DNA from: Alphaproteobacteria bacterium
Lineage (GTDB): Bacteria > Pseudomonadota > Alphaproteobacteria > JABAAW01
Direction of reading: 5' to 3'
DNA length: 64,000 nucleotides
Assembly: GCA_965216625.1 (NCBI GenBank)
Contig: OZ244186.1
Coordinates: 1,612,315-1,676,314 of the forward strand
The notes beneath the pieces were generated by a model, which searched no databases, was not told where the DNA came from, and saw nothing but the letters and a program-made list of their open reading frames with translations. This document shows, one piece after another, positions 30,013-39,755 of the stretch. Position 1 is the stretch's first letter, and every line of letters begins with the position of its first letter. The position numbers were made by a program, and so were the translations under genes.

Positions 30013-30984
30013 TCAGATTGCAAGCCACTGCCAATTCTGCTGCTCCGCGACATGATCGACGATACGCAAAGAGAACATCAGGATCATATAGACGATTGAA
30101 AACCCGAACAAGGCTCCTGCTGCGCGCAAGGATGTTTCCTTTTTTCTGTTCATCCAGAGCGCGTAGAAGATGAGTCGCGACGAAAGCACAAAGGCGATGC
30201 CTCCGTAGATCCAGCTTGTGCCGCCGATCCACGCGAAAGCGATCGCGAGCGGCAAGAGCGTCAATGAATAGAGGAAGATTTTCTGTTTTGTCTTTTTTTC
30301 TCCACACACGACGGGCAGCACCGGCACCCCCGCGCGCTTGTAGTCGTCGCGTCGCAAGAGCGCCAAAGCCCACGAATGCGGCGGTGTCCACAGGAAGATC
30401 AGCGCACATAGCAAGAGAGGCTCCAGAAAGTTTGCCTGCGACGAAGGATTTGCGGCAAGCCATCCGATGAATGGGGGTGCTGCGCCCGCTGCACCTCCGA
30501 TGACGGTGTTGTAGACGGTGCGCCGTTTCAGAAACATCGTGTAGAAGACGGAATAGAAAAGAATCGTGCTTGCTAGCAACGCCGCCGCCGCCCATCCGCC
30601 CGCAAGCCCCAACAGGGCGAAGGCAAACAACGATAGTGTCATGGCGAACACAAACGCATCGGATGGAGCAATCGTTCCACAAGCCACCGGTCTTGTGCGC
30701 GTGCGTAGCATGAGTCGGTCGATGTCGCGGTCGTACCACATGTTGAAGGCGGCGGCACCGCCTGCGCCCATAGCAACGGCGAGCAAGGCGATGATGTTCA
30801 AGACGATGTGGTTGTTGCCGTCCGCCAACACCATGCCGCAAAGTGCGGTGAAGGTTGTCAGCAGGAGAATTCGCGGCTTGGTGAGTTTGAGAAAATCTCC
30901 GACCTCGGAAGGTCTGGCGGCGATGCGAAGCTCTGCGGTTGCGGCTGCGTGCGCCTGCAAGGAAGAACGGCGCGCCAAAGCCAT
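30013..30984 (-). CDS. ctaB: Heme o synthase (protoheme IX farnesyltransferase)
   Basis: LTKPR, NMWYDRDIDRLMLRT, FLWTPPH. Confidence 0.95.
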   Translation of the reverse strand: MALARRSSLQAHAAATAELRIAARPSEVGDFLKLTKPRILLLTTFTALCGMVLADGNNHIVLNIIALLAVAMGAGGAAAFNMWYDRDIDRLMLRTRTRPVACGTIAPSDAFVFAMTLSLFAFALLGLAGGWAAAALLASTILFYSVFYTMFLKRRTVYNTVIGGAAGAAPPFIGWLAANPSSQANFLEPLLLCALIFLWTPPHSWALALLRRDDYKRAGVPVLPVVCGEKKTKQKIFLYSLTLLPLAIAFAWIGGTSWIYGGIAFVLSSRLIFYALWMNRKKETSLRAAGALFGFSIVYMILMFSLRIVDHVAEQQNWQWLAI

Positions 30985-30989
30985 TCAGG

Positions 30990-32639
30990 TCAGCGCGAGA
31001 TGCGCGGCGGCGTCGAGAAGCTGTGGAAAGGCGGCGGTGTCGAGACCGTCCACTCCAACGTGGTCGCGCCCGCACCCCAGTAGTTGTCGGCAACCTTCCG
31101 CTTGCCGCGACCGCGCACCAGCGCGACGACGACCACCGCGACGAAGAACAGCGTGGAGGCGAAAGAAAGATAGCTGCCGTAGGAAGAAACCGCGTTCCAG
31201 CCCGCGTAAGCTTCGTTGTAGTCGATATAACGGCGCGGCATGCCTGCCAAACCCAAGAAATGCTGCGGGAAGAAGACGACGTTCACGCCGATGAAGGTTG
31301 TCCAAAAATGCAGCTTGCCTGCCCACTCGGGGATGACGCAGCCGCTCATCTTGGTAAACCAATAGTAGAAGCCTCCGAAGATGGCGAACACAGCGCCGAG
31401 ACTGAGAACATAGTGGAAATGTCCGACGACATAGTATGTGTCGTGCAGTTGCACGTCGACGCCTCCGAGCGCGAGGACGACTCCCGTCACGCCGCCGATT
31501 GTGAAGAGTCCGATGAAGCCGATTGCCCACAGCATTGGCACAGCGAATCGAATCGAGCCTCCCCACATGGTAGCGAGCCAGCTGAAGATCTTGATGCCCG
31601 TCGGCACGGCGATGATCATGGTCCCGACGCTGAAGTAGAGTTTGAGCATAAAGCCCATGCCGACGGTAAACATATGGTGCGCCCAAACGACGGAGCCGAA
31701 GAAGCCGATGGCGATCATGGCAGAGACCATGCCGAGGTAGCCGAAGATGGGCTTGCGCGAGAAGGTCGAGACGATGTGGCTGATGATGCCGAAGGCGGGC
31801 AGGATCATGACATAGACTTCGGGATGTCCGAAGAACCAAAACAGGTGCTGAAATAGGAGTGGGTCTCCTCCTCCCTCAGGCACGAAGAAGGATGTGGCAA
31901 AGTTGCGGTCTGCGAGCAGCATCGTGATGGCGCCGCCGAAGACGGGCATAGTCATGACGAGCAGGAAGGCTGTGATGAGCATCGACCAAGCGAACAGAGG
32001 CATGACGCGAAGCGTCATGCCTGGAGCGCGCATGTTGAAGATAGTGACGATGAAGTTGATCGCGCCCAAAACGGATGAAGCACCTGCCAAGTGCATGGCG
32101 ACGATAGCGAGATCGACCGACGCGTTCGAGTGTCCGAGCGTGCCGGAGAGGGGCGGATAGAGCGTCCATCCTGTGCCTGCGCCGCCGACGAAGAGGGAAA
32201 GCACCAAAAGCAAAAGAGATGGAGGAAGAAGCCAAAAACTGATGTTGTTCATGCGCGGAAAAGCCATGTCGGGCGCGCCGATCATGAGGGGGACAAACCA
32301 ATTGCCGAACCCTCCGATCAAGGCGGGCATGACGGTGAAGAAAACCATAATCAAGCCGTGCGCGGTGATGAAGACATTCCATATGTGTCCGTCGGGAGCG
32401 CCCGCGCTGATAAAATACTGCACGCCCGGTTCTTGCAGCTCCAAGCGCATAAGAAAAGAGATGCCCCCGCCGATCAGCCCCGCCGCGATGGCGAAGATCA
32501 GATACATCGTTCCGATGTCCTTGTGGTTCGTCGAAAAAAGCCAGCGTCCGATTCCGTAGGGACGATGCTCTGCGTGAGCGGAGGATTTTTTCGTCGCAAC
32601 CTTTGTTTTTTTCTTTCCGTTCATGGTGATGCTTGCCAT
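30990..32639 (-). CDS. ctaD: Cytochrome c oxidase subunit I (A1 type)
   Basis: [30 protein letters not shown]. Confidence 0.97.
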   Translation of the reverse strand: MASITMNGKKKTKVATKKSSAHAEHRPYGIGRWLFSTNHKDIGTMYLIFAIAAGLIGGGISFLMRLELQEPGVQYFISAGAPDGHIWNVFITAHGLIMVFFTVMPALIGGFGNWFVPLMIGAPDMAFPRMNNISFWLLPPSLLLLVLSLFVGGAGTGWTLYPPLSGTLGHSNASVDLAIVAMHLAGASSVLGAINFIVTIFNMRAPGMTLRVMPLFAWSMLITAFLLVMTMPVFGGAITMLLADRNFATSFFVPEGGGDPLLFQHLFWFFGHPEVYVMILPAFGIISHIVSTFSRKPIFGYLGMVSAMIAIGFFGSVVWAHHMFTVGMGFMLKLYFSVGTMIIAVPTGIKIFSWLATMWGGSIRFAVPMLWAIGFIGLFTIGGVTGVVLALGGVDVQLHDTYYVVGHFHYVLSLGAVFAIFGGFYYWFTKMSGCVIPEWAGKLHFWTTFIGVNVVFFPQHFLGLAGMPRRYIDYNEAYAGWNAVSSYGSYLSFASTLFFVAVVVVALVRGRGKRKVADNYWGAGATTLEWTVSTPPPFHSFSTPPRISR

Positions 32640-32647
32640 GGGGTTTT

Positions 32648-33607
32648 CTACTCCTGTGCGTTGTGCGTTTTCGTAGCGAGAAGGTCGCCTTGTAGATTTT
32701 TGTTGGCAGTTTCGGCGTGTTGTTGTTGAGCGTTTTTATTCGCGGCGAATTGTTTTTTGGCTTTTCTGATCCATATGACGAACTCGGCTTTGGAGACGAC
32801 ATGCACTTCGACGGGCATATATGCGTGTCCTGCTCCGCAGAGCTCTGTGCAGAATCCGTAATAGACTCCTTTTTTTTCAGCGGTGAGCCATGTTTCGTTC
32901 ACGCGCCCTGGCACGCCGTCGATCTTGACGGCGAAGCTCGGCACTGACCACGAGTGGATCACATCGGCGGCGGTGACGAGCACGCGCACCTTTTCTCCGA
33001 CGGGCAGGACGAGCGCGTTGTCGGTCTGCAGCAGTCGCTTAGATTTGTCTTTGAGATCGTCTCCTTGGAGCAGGTTGGAGTCGAAGGTCAGTCCGTCGTG
33101 GTCGGGATATTCGTAAGACCAATACCACTGATGCCCTGTGGCTTTGACGGTGAGGGAAGCTTCTGACACATCTTCGATGGCACGCATGAGGTTGAAGGAA
33201 GGCACGAAGAGAACGACGAGAATGGCGACAGGGATGAGCGTCCAAATCACTTCCAGGCGAACATTGTGCGTCCTTTTCGAGGGCTTGGGGTTTCGTTTCT
33301 CGGAGAAGCGCCAACAGATGAACCCTCCCAGCACAAAGACAAGGAGGCAGATGGCAGTGAGGACGGGCAGCAGAACGTTGTCGTGAAAGCCGAAGGCTTG
33401 GCGAGCGAGCGCCGAGGCAGGCTCTTGAAACCCGGTCTGCCAATTGTGCGAGGCTCCCACCTCCTCACCCCCTTGCGCAAGCGCTGGAGTAAACGCTTGG
33501 AAGGGCAGAAAAACGACAGTCATTGCAAACGTTTTGGCAAACGCTTTAGCAAGCGTTTTTGCAAGAACCTGCGCCTTTACGATACGGACAAGAGAAACAA
33601 AACTCAT
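32648..33607 (-). CDS. ctaC: Cytochrome c oxidase subunit II
   Basis: [16 protein letters not shown], CuA motif [12 protein letters not shown]; start uncertain. Confidence 0.96.
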   Translation of the reverse strand: MSFVSLVRIVKAQVLAKTLAKAFAKTFAMTVVFLPFQAFTPALAQGGEEVGASHNWQTGFQEPASALARQAFGFHDNVLLPVLTAICLLVFVLGGFICWRFSEKRNPKPSKRTHNVRLEVIWTLIPVAILVVLFVPSFNLMRAIEDVSEASLTVKATGHQWYWSYEYPDHDGLTFDSNLLQGDDLKDKSKRLLQTDNALVLPVGEKVRVLVTAADVIHSWSVPSFAVKIDGVPGRVNETWLTAEKKGVYYGFCTELCGAGHAYMPVEVHVVSKAEFVIWIRKAKKQFAANKNAQQQHAETANKNLQGDLLATKTHNAQE

Positions 33608-33677
33608 ACCCTCACTATAGATACAACGACACGATCTTTTCAACAAAAATCCTCGCAAACAATTCTTGTGTTTGCCT

Positions 33678-35354
33678 TCACGGGCGACAAGCGGACAAGA
33701 ACAAATTCAAATGTCGGCGTTCGGCTGTCGGCGGACATTCTCTCAAGGCGGGAAGGTTCATCCCCGTCAACCCGCTGTTGTAGTAATCAAAGTAACCCGT
33801 TGCATGCCATCCACCCTCCTTTTCCATCTCTCCTGCAGTGCGTTTCAGCATGACAGACTCTAGTCCGGGAACGAGGAATCTGATCAAAGCGATCGCAAAC
33901 AAACAGCCTACGATGCTCCTTGCCATCAGCAAGGGTGCGCGCGGCAAGGATTCGCTCAAAGATTTGCCCAAAGATCTACTATTGTCGGGACCCTCGAAAA
34001 GAAACGCGAGCAGCAAAAGAGGCAGCCACCAATTCTGCGGCGTGAGACGGAATTCAAAACTCGCGCTCGTCGACAAAATCGATGCCATCACGCCTGCCAA
34101 AACGATCCACGCTCCTCGCTGTCGCACAAAGAACGCTAGGGTCAGACACAAAAGCAACGCTCCACTAAAAAAGGAAGAAAATCCGTACTGAAACGACCGC
34201 GCACTCAGAGATGAAAAAGGCGGCAAGGGAGCAGGATCCCAGCCGTTTTTTCCATTTTTGGAAAACAACGAAATCCACCACTTTTCGTAAGACGACTTGT
34301 TGTAGAATTCTGGCTCCATCCACTGAGCGAGCGTGTCGATTCTTATCCCTTGCTCGTCGAATTGGACGGCGGGGTAAAAAGGGTTTTTATCCTGCGCAAC
34401 ATTCGTTGCGTAAGGGAAGAATCCGAACAGAGCCACCCCCAAGACTGCTGCCGCGCTCCCCAGCCCCGCCAATCGTAAGAGCGTCTTTCGACTTGCGGCT
34501 CGCCTTGCGCCATAGGCAAGAGCCGTCAGCCCCAAGACTCCGCCAAAGACGATCCCTGTGAACTTGATGTTGACGAGCAACACGAGTAGAGCCGCAATCC
34601 CAAATGCTGTGCGTCGCATGCGCCGCTTGTCGTCTTGGCGAGAGCCTCCGTCGCAGGCAAAACAGAGCATGAGCATAAATAGGCTCAGCAGCGTGGAGGC
34701 GAGCAAGCCATCGGTAAGGTGGTTGAAGAAACCCAAGGTAGCAATAGGGTTGGCGGCAAGCGCTACTGCGAGAAGGTTGCGCCAAACACGAGACTTGGCA
34801 CAAGACAAGTGCGATAGGGTTGGCGTTGCCAAGAAACGCCTTACACAAAGGAACGCCGCGAATGTGGCAACAAGCGTGAAGGCAAAACTCGCCTCGAATG
34901 TTTGCGTCCATACAATCAGCGAGGAAGAAAGCAGCCAGTGCGCCGCGGGGTAAGCGAGGGTTGTCCAGTCAGCGGGTTGCCAGTAGGGATTGATGCCCTT
35001 CAGCAATCCCAAGATTGCCTCGGCATGGTAAAGACGCGAGTCGTGTCCCCTATCCAAGGTGAAACTCAAAGCCCAGGCCGCGAGCGCGAAGATTACCAAG
35101 AACAACAACAGGGTTGCCAGCAACCTGTGCCATCGTTCTTCTCGATGCAGTGCCACGACCGCTATACCCCACAGCGACAACCCGGCAGGAAAAACCCAAC
35201 GACCTAATCCTATGTCAGAAAGCAAGGCAAACGCCGCCGTCATGTACAAGACAGGCAGAAACAATACCGATGCCGAAAGCAACAGCTCCTCAGAAAAGAA
35301 GCTCCGCACTTTTCTGACCTGTTCGGCTTTAAGTTTCAGTATTAGGGTTTGCAT
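33678..35354 (-). CDS. Polytopic membrane protein, putative GT-C glycosyltransferase (paralog 3)
   Basis: About 12 TM segments; loop LDRGHDSRLYH; DGLL and NIKFTG motifs; paralog of the next two ORFs. Confidence 0.6.
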   Translation of the reverse strand: MQTLILKLKAEQVRKVRSFFSEELLLSASVLFLPVLYMTAAFALLSDIGLGRWVFPAGLSLWGIAVVALHREERWHRLLATLLLFLVIFALAAWALSFTLDRGHDSRLYHAEAILGLLKGINPYWQPADWTTLAYPAAHWLLSSSLIVWTQTFEASFAFTLVATFAAFLCVRRFLATPTLSHLSCAKSRVWRNLLAVALAANPIATLGFFNHLTDGLLASTLLSLFMLMLCFACDGGSRQDDKRRMRRTAFGIAALLVLLVNIKFTGIVFGGVLGLTALAYGARRAASRKTLLRLAGLGSAAAVLGVALFGFFPYATNVAQDKNPFYPAVQFDEQGIRIDTLAQWMEPEFYNKSSYEKWWISLFSKNGKNGWDPAPLPPFSSLSARSFQYGFSSFFSGALLLCLTLAFFVRQRGAWIVLAGVMASILSTSASFEFRLTPQNWWLPLLLLAFLFEGPDNSRSLGKSLSESLPRAPLLMARSIVGCLFAIALIRFLVPGLESVMLKRTAGEMEKEGGWHATGYFDYYNSGLTGMNLPALRECPPTAERRHLNLFLSACRP

Positions 35355-37024
35355 AGCACCAACCCATAAGCGAGTCTGCGTTGCTCCGCTTGATCAGAAC
35401 AGTCCTCTCGCAAGGGCAAGCGCACGTTGGTCAAATCGCTCTTGTAATAGTCGAGAAAGGTTTTCTTGTCCCAGTCTGGGATGCTCTTATCAGGAACAAC
35501 AAACCACCCTCCTTGTCGTTCCGCCTGCCGCACGGTCTGCAACAGCGAGACGGCTCGCTCTCCATAGCCGCCGAAAGAAAGAACGGAGGTGTAAAGCAAG
35601 CAGGCAGTAACGACGAATATCACCGATCGTTGCGCGCGCGACAAAGGATGTTGCCTCTCGTCGGGCGCGAGCAGGAAGACGAGGAAGAGTATCGGTAGCC
35701 ACCAACTCTGCGGCGTGAGACGAGGAGAGACGCTAGCTTCCGTCAACAGAATCGATGCCATCACGCCTGCCAAGACGACCCCCGCTCCTCGGTGTCGCAC
35801 GAAAAATGCCAAGCTCAGACACAAAAGCAGCGAGCCGCTAAACAATGAGCCAAATCCGTACAGGAAGGACAAAGGATACAAAGAAGAAAACGGCGGCAAA
35901 GGAGCAGGAGTCCAAAAAGTTTCTCCTTGTTTCGAAAACAGCGAAACCCACCATTGTTCGTAAGACGACTTTCCCAACAGAATCGGATTTTTCGTCTCAA
36001 GGAACCATGGTTGTCTCTGCTGGCTAACCTTTTCGCCGAACACGATCGCGGGATACATCGGATGGACGGGGTTGGCGTGCTGGCGAACATTCGTCATATA
36101 TGGGTAAAATCCGAACAGCGCGACCCCCAAGATCGCAGTAGCGCTCCCCAACCCCGCCAATCGCAAGAGCGTCTTTCGAGCAGCCCCACACCTGCCACCG
36201 TAGGCAAGAGCCGTCAGCCCCAAGACCCCGCCAAAGACGAGCCCCGTGAACTTGATATTCACAAGCAGCACAAGCAGAGCCGCAATACAAAAGGCTGTGC
36301 GTCGCATGCGCCGCTTGTCGGCTTGGCGAGAGCCTCCGTCGCATACAAAGCAGAGCATCAGCATAAAAACACTCAATAGCGTGGAGGCAAGCAAGCCATC
36401 GACGTGGTGGTTGAAAAAACAAAATGCTGCAACGGGGTTGGCAGCCAACAGGAAAGCGAAAAGGTTGCGCCAAACACGAGGCAATGTCGGCAGCGTTGTC
36501 AAGAAACGCCTTGCGCAAAGAAACGCCGCAAAGACAGCTTCAAGCGTGAAGGCAAAACTCGCCTCGAATGTTTGTGTCCATAAAATAAACGAAGAAGAAA
36601 GAAGCCAGTGCGCCGCGGGGTAGGTGTAGGTTGTCCAGTCGGCGGAATCCCAATACGGATTAACCCCCTTCAGCAAAGCCAAAACGGCTTGTGCGTGATA
36701 GGCGCGCGAATCGTATTTCCAGTCTAGGACGAACCTTGTCAGAAACGCCGCGAGCGCGAAGATTGCCAAGAACAACAACAGGGTTATCGCCAGCTTCTGC
36801 CATTTTTCCTCTCGATGCAGTGCCACGACCGCTATCCCCCACAGCGACAACCCGACAAGAAAAACCCAACGACCTAAGCCTATGTCGGAAAGCAAGGCAA
36901 ACGCCGCCGTCATGTACAAGACTGGCAGAAACAACACCGATGCCGAAAGCAACAGCTCTTCCGAGAAAAGATTCCGTATTCTTATGACCTGCTCGGCTTT
37001 AAGTTTTTTTTCTAGGGTTTGCAT
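35342..37024 (-). CDS. Polytopic membrane protein, putative GT-C glycosyltransferase (paralog 2)
   Basis: LDWKYDSRAYH loop, DGLL, NIKFTG; 13-nt overlaps with both neighbours. Confidence 0.6.
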   Translation of the reverse strand: MQTLEKKLKAEQVIRIRNLFSEELLLSASVLFLPVLYMTAAFALLSDIGLGRWVFLVGLSLWGIAVVALHREEKWQKLAITLLLFLAIFALAAFLTRFVLDWKYDSRAYHAQAVLALLKGVNPYWDSADWTTYTYPAAHWLLSSSFILWTQTFEASFAFTLEAVFAAFLCARRFLTTLPTLPRVWRNLFAFLLAANPVAAFCFFNHHVDGLLASTLLSVFMLMLCFVCDGGSRQADKRRMRRTAFCIAALLVLLVNIKFTGLVFGGVLGLTALAYGGRCGAARKTLLRLAGLGSATAILGVALFGFYPYMTNVRQHANPVHPMYPAIVFGEKVSQQRQPWFLETKNPILLGKSSYEQWWVSLFSKQGETFWTPAPLPPFSSLYPLSFLYGFGSLFSGSLLLCLSLAFFVRHRGAGVVLAGVMASILLTEASVSPRLTPQSWWLPILFLVFLLAPDERQHPLSRAQRSVIFVVTACLLYTSVLSFGGYGERAVSLLQTVRQAERQGGWFVVPDKSIPDWDKKTFLDYYKSDLTNVRLPLREDCSDQAEQRRLAYGLVLCKP

Positions 37025-38724
37025 AACATGAGCCCATAGACGGGTTTGCGTGTCTCTGCTCCTTCAGGACATTCGGGCATCGTGGGCAAGTGCACGCCGC
37101 TCAAACCGCTGTCGTAGTAGTTGAAAAAGGCTTGTCTTTGCCCATCATCTTCGATTACCAGATCAGGCGTTACAAACCACCCTCCCTGCTGTTCCGCTTG
37201 TCGCACAATCCTTAACGAATAAACAGCGTGCCTGGAATGGCTATTAAGCCTTGCGATGGAGATATGAAGCAAGCAGGCGACAACGAAAAACACGATAGCT
37301 CTTTGCGCACGCGACAAAGGAGGTTGCTTCTCGTCAGGCGCGAGCAGGAAGACGAGAAAGAGCATAGGTAGCCACCAGTTCTGCGGCGTGAGGCGAAAAT
37401 CGAAGCTCACAAGCGTCGAGAGAATGGATGCCATGATACCTGCCAAAACGACCCAGGCTCCTTTGTGTCGTACAAAAAACACCAAGCTCATACACAAAAG
37501 CAAGGTACCACTAAACATTGAACCGAACCCTTGCAGAAAAGAGTGGGAACTCAGAGAAGAAAACGGCGGCAAAGGAATCGGGTCTGTCCAAGTTTTTCCT
37601 GTTTTCGAAAACAGCGCAATCCACCATTTCTCGTAATGCGACTTGGAGTATAATTTTTCGTCCCAAAAATTTTCGTACATCTCCTTTGTTCTCTCTAGAT
37701 GGAAGGGATTTTTATGCTGCGCCATGTTAGTGGCGTAAGGAAAAAAGCCGAACAAGGCGACCCCCAAGATCGTAGCAGCGCTCCCCAACCCCGCCAGTTG
37801 GAAGAGTGTCTTTCGCCTTGCGCCGCGTCTGAGCCCGTAAGCCAGCGCTGTCAGCCCCAAGACCCCGCCGAAGACGAGCCCCGTGAACTTGATGTTGATG
37901 AGCAACACGAGAAGACACACGATATAAACGGCGACTCGAAGCCTTGTCGTTCGACTTTGCCTCTTGCCTTCCGAGACAAAACAAAGCATGAGCAAGAAAA
38001 CGATCAACAACGTCGAGACAAGCAAGCCGTCGTTGTAGTGGGAGACGAAGCACCATATTGCGATGGGGTTGGCAGCAAGCAGAAATGCCAAAACATTGCG
38101 CCAAACTCGAGACAAGTGCGTGAGGGCTGGCGTTGTCAAAAAACGCCTTGCGCATAGAAACGCTGCAAAGGCGGCAACAACCGTCAAGACAAAGCTCGCC
38201 TCGAATGTTTGCGTCCATACAATCAGCGAGGAAGAAAGCAACCAGTGCGCCGCGGGGTAGGCGAAGGTTGTCCAGTCGGCGGGATCCCAGTAGGGATTGA
38301 TTCCCTCCAACAAGCCCAAAATTGCCCCCGCATGGTAGACGCGAGAATCGTATCCCCCGTCCAAGGTGAATCTTGTCAGAAACACCGCGAGCGCGAAAGC
38401 TACCAAGAGCAGCAACAGGGTTGCAACCAGCCTTTGCCATCGTTCTTCTCGATGCAGTGCCACGACCGCTATCCCCCACAGCGACAACCCGACAAGAAAA
38501 ACCCAACGACCTAAGCCTATGTCGGAAAGCAATGCAAATGCCGCCGTCATGTACAAGACTGGCAGAAACAACACCGATGCCGAAAGCAACAGCTCTTCCG
38601 AGAAAAATCGCTCGCCACAAGACGACACGCTCTCTTCCCACGCCTTGACGCGTCGTTGTAAAGACGACGAAAGGCGCGTCGCGGCAAGAGCAAGTTCAAC
38701 GGCTGTTGGCAAAAAATGTTTCAT
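37012..38724 (-). CDS. Polytopic membrane protein, putative GT-C glycosyltransferase (paralog 1)
   Basis: LDGGYDSRVYH loop, YNDGLL, NIKFTG; divergent from tRNA-Ser. Confidence 0.6.
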   Translation of the reverse strand: MKHFLPTAVELALAATRLSSSLQRRVKAWEESVSSCGERFFSEELLLSASVLFLPVLYMTAAFALLSDIGLGRWVFLVGLSLWGIAVVALHREERWQRLVATLLLLLVAFALAVFLTRFTLDGGYDSRVYHAGAILGLLEGINPYWDPADWTTFAYPAAHWLLSSSLIVWTQTFEASFVLTVVAAFAAFLCARRFLTTPALTHLSRVWRNVLAFLLAANPIAIWCFVSHYNDGLLVSTLLIVFLLMLCFVSEGKRQSRTTRLRVAVYIVCLLVLLINIKFTGLVFGGVLGLTALAYGLRRGARRKTLFQLAGLGSAATILGVALFGFFPYATNMAQHKNPFHLERTKEMYENFWDEKLYSKSHYEKWWIALFSKTGKTWTDPIPLPPFSSLSSHSFLQGFGSMFSGTLLLCMSLVFFVRHKGAWVVLAGIMASILSTLVSFDFRLTPQNWWLPMLFLVFLLAPDEKQPPLSRAQRAIVFFVVACLLHISIARLNSHSRHAVYSLRIVRQAEQQGGWFVTPDLVIEDDGQRQAFFNYYDSGLSGVHLPTMPECPEGAETRKPVYGLMLCKP

Positions 38725-38770
38725 CGCTCGTCTATGCTAGGATGGCGTGAGGCTGAGAGGAAGGGCTTGC

Positions 38771-38857
38771 GGAGAGGTGCCGGAGCGGTCGAACGGGACG
38801 GTCTCGAAAACCGTTGTGCGCGCAAGCGCACCGAGGGTTCGAATCCCTCCCTCTCCG
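38771..38857 (+). tRNA. tRNA-Ser (CGA); CCA not encoded
   Basis: GGAGAGG/CCTCTCC acceptor stem, ACGGT-CTCGAAA-ACCGT anticodon arm, long variable arm, GGTTCGAATCC. Confidence 0.95.
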
Positions 38858-38905
38858 TATTTTGCTCGAAGTATTTCCTTTGTCGCCGCAACCCTAGCAC
38901 AAGCA

Positions 38906-39688
38906 TCAAAGAGGCAAACGTTTGAAAATTTTCTCTGGGATGTTGCGGATGATCGCCATGATGGCGACCCACAGCCACGGCACATAGAGCTGCTCGCGCT
39001 TGGAGTCGATGGCGCGCAGGATAACACGAGCGACATGCTCAGGACTGCTCCACAAAGCACCCTTGCGGAACGAGGCGGTCATCTTCGTAGACACAAAGCC
39101 GGGCTTGAGCGTCTGAATGCACAGAGGCGAGCCTGCGCGCGCCAAACGATGGCGCAATCCCTGCAAAAAGAGCGCGACCGCGCCTTTCCCCGACCCATAG
39201 ACATAGTTCGACGCGCGACCGCGATCGCCCGCGACCGAACCAAAAACAGAGATCACACCCCCCTTCTTCTCCATGCGTGCGCTCGCGGCATGAGCCAGCG
39301 AGACAACGCTGAGAAAGTTCGTCTCCCAGGCGATGCGCGCCTGTTCAAAGTTTTTCTCGGCTGTTTTTTGGTTCGGCAAAACTCCTTGCGCAAGCACGAC
39401 AACCCGCAACCCTCCCAAGGCTTTGTGCGCGTGGGCGAGCAACTTGTCGTGCGAGGCGAAGTTGCGCGCCTCGAAGCCTTCGGTCGCGACAAAACTGGCA
39501 CCGCGCAGCGTCAAGTCCTTCGCAAGCCTTGCAAGCGCCTTCTTGTCGCGCGAAAAAAGGCAGAGGCGCGCGCCGCGCACAGCCCACAGGCGCGCCATCG
39601 CGCGTGCTATGTCGGCGTTCGCTCCGAAGATTGCTATGTGATCGGAGGTTTGGTGGTCGGGGTTGTGTTCAGGGTTTTTTGCTGTCAT
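38906..39688 (-). CDS. SDR oxidoreductase, DprE2-like
   Basis: IFGANADIA, SVAGDRGRASNYVYGSGK, KPGFVSTKMT; downstream of DprE1-like gene. Confidence 0.8.
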   Translation of the reverse strand: MTAKNPEHNPDHQTSDHIAIFGANADIARAMARLWAVRGARLCLFSRDKKALARLAKDLTLRGASFVATEGFEARNFASHDKLLAHAHKALGGLRVVVLAQGVLPNQKTAEKNFEQARIAWETNFLSVVSLAHAASARMEKKGGVISVFGSVAGDRGRASNYVYGSGKGAVALFLQGLRHRLARAGSPLCIQTLKPGFVSTKMTASFRKGALWSSPEHVARVILRAIDSKREQLYVPWLWVAIMAIIRNIPEKIFKRLPL

Positions 39689-39755
39689 CGTTTTGCTCCT
39701 TTTATGCTTGAGGGGAAATTTATCCCTGAGTTGTCTCGTTTGGATTGTCTTTCTG

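Noticed and set aside
38771-38905. tRNA-Ser as attB of an island holding the arabinose genes
   Set aside because: No duplicate of the tRNA 3' end and no integrase were found in the window, and related genes lie on both sides of the tRNA.
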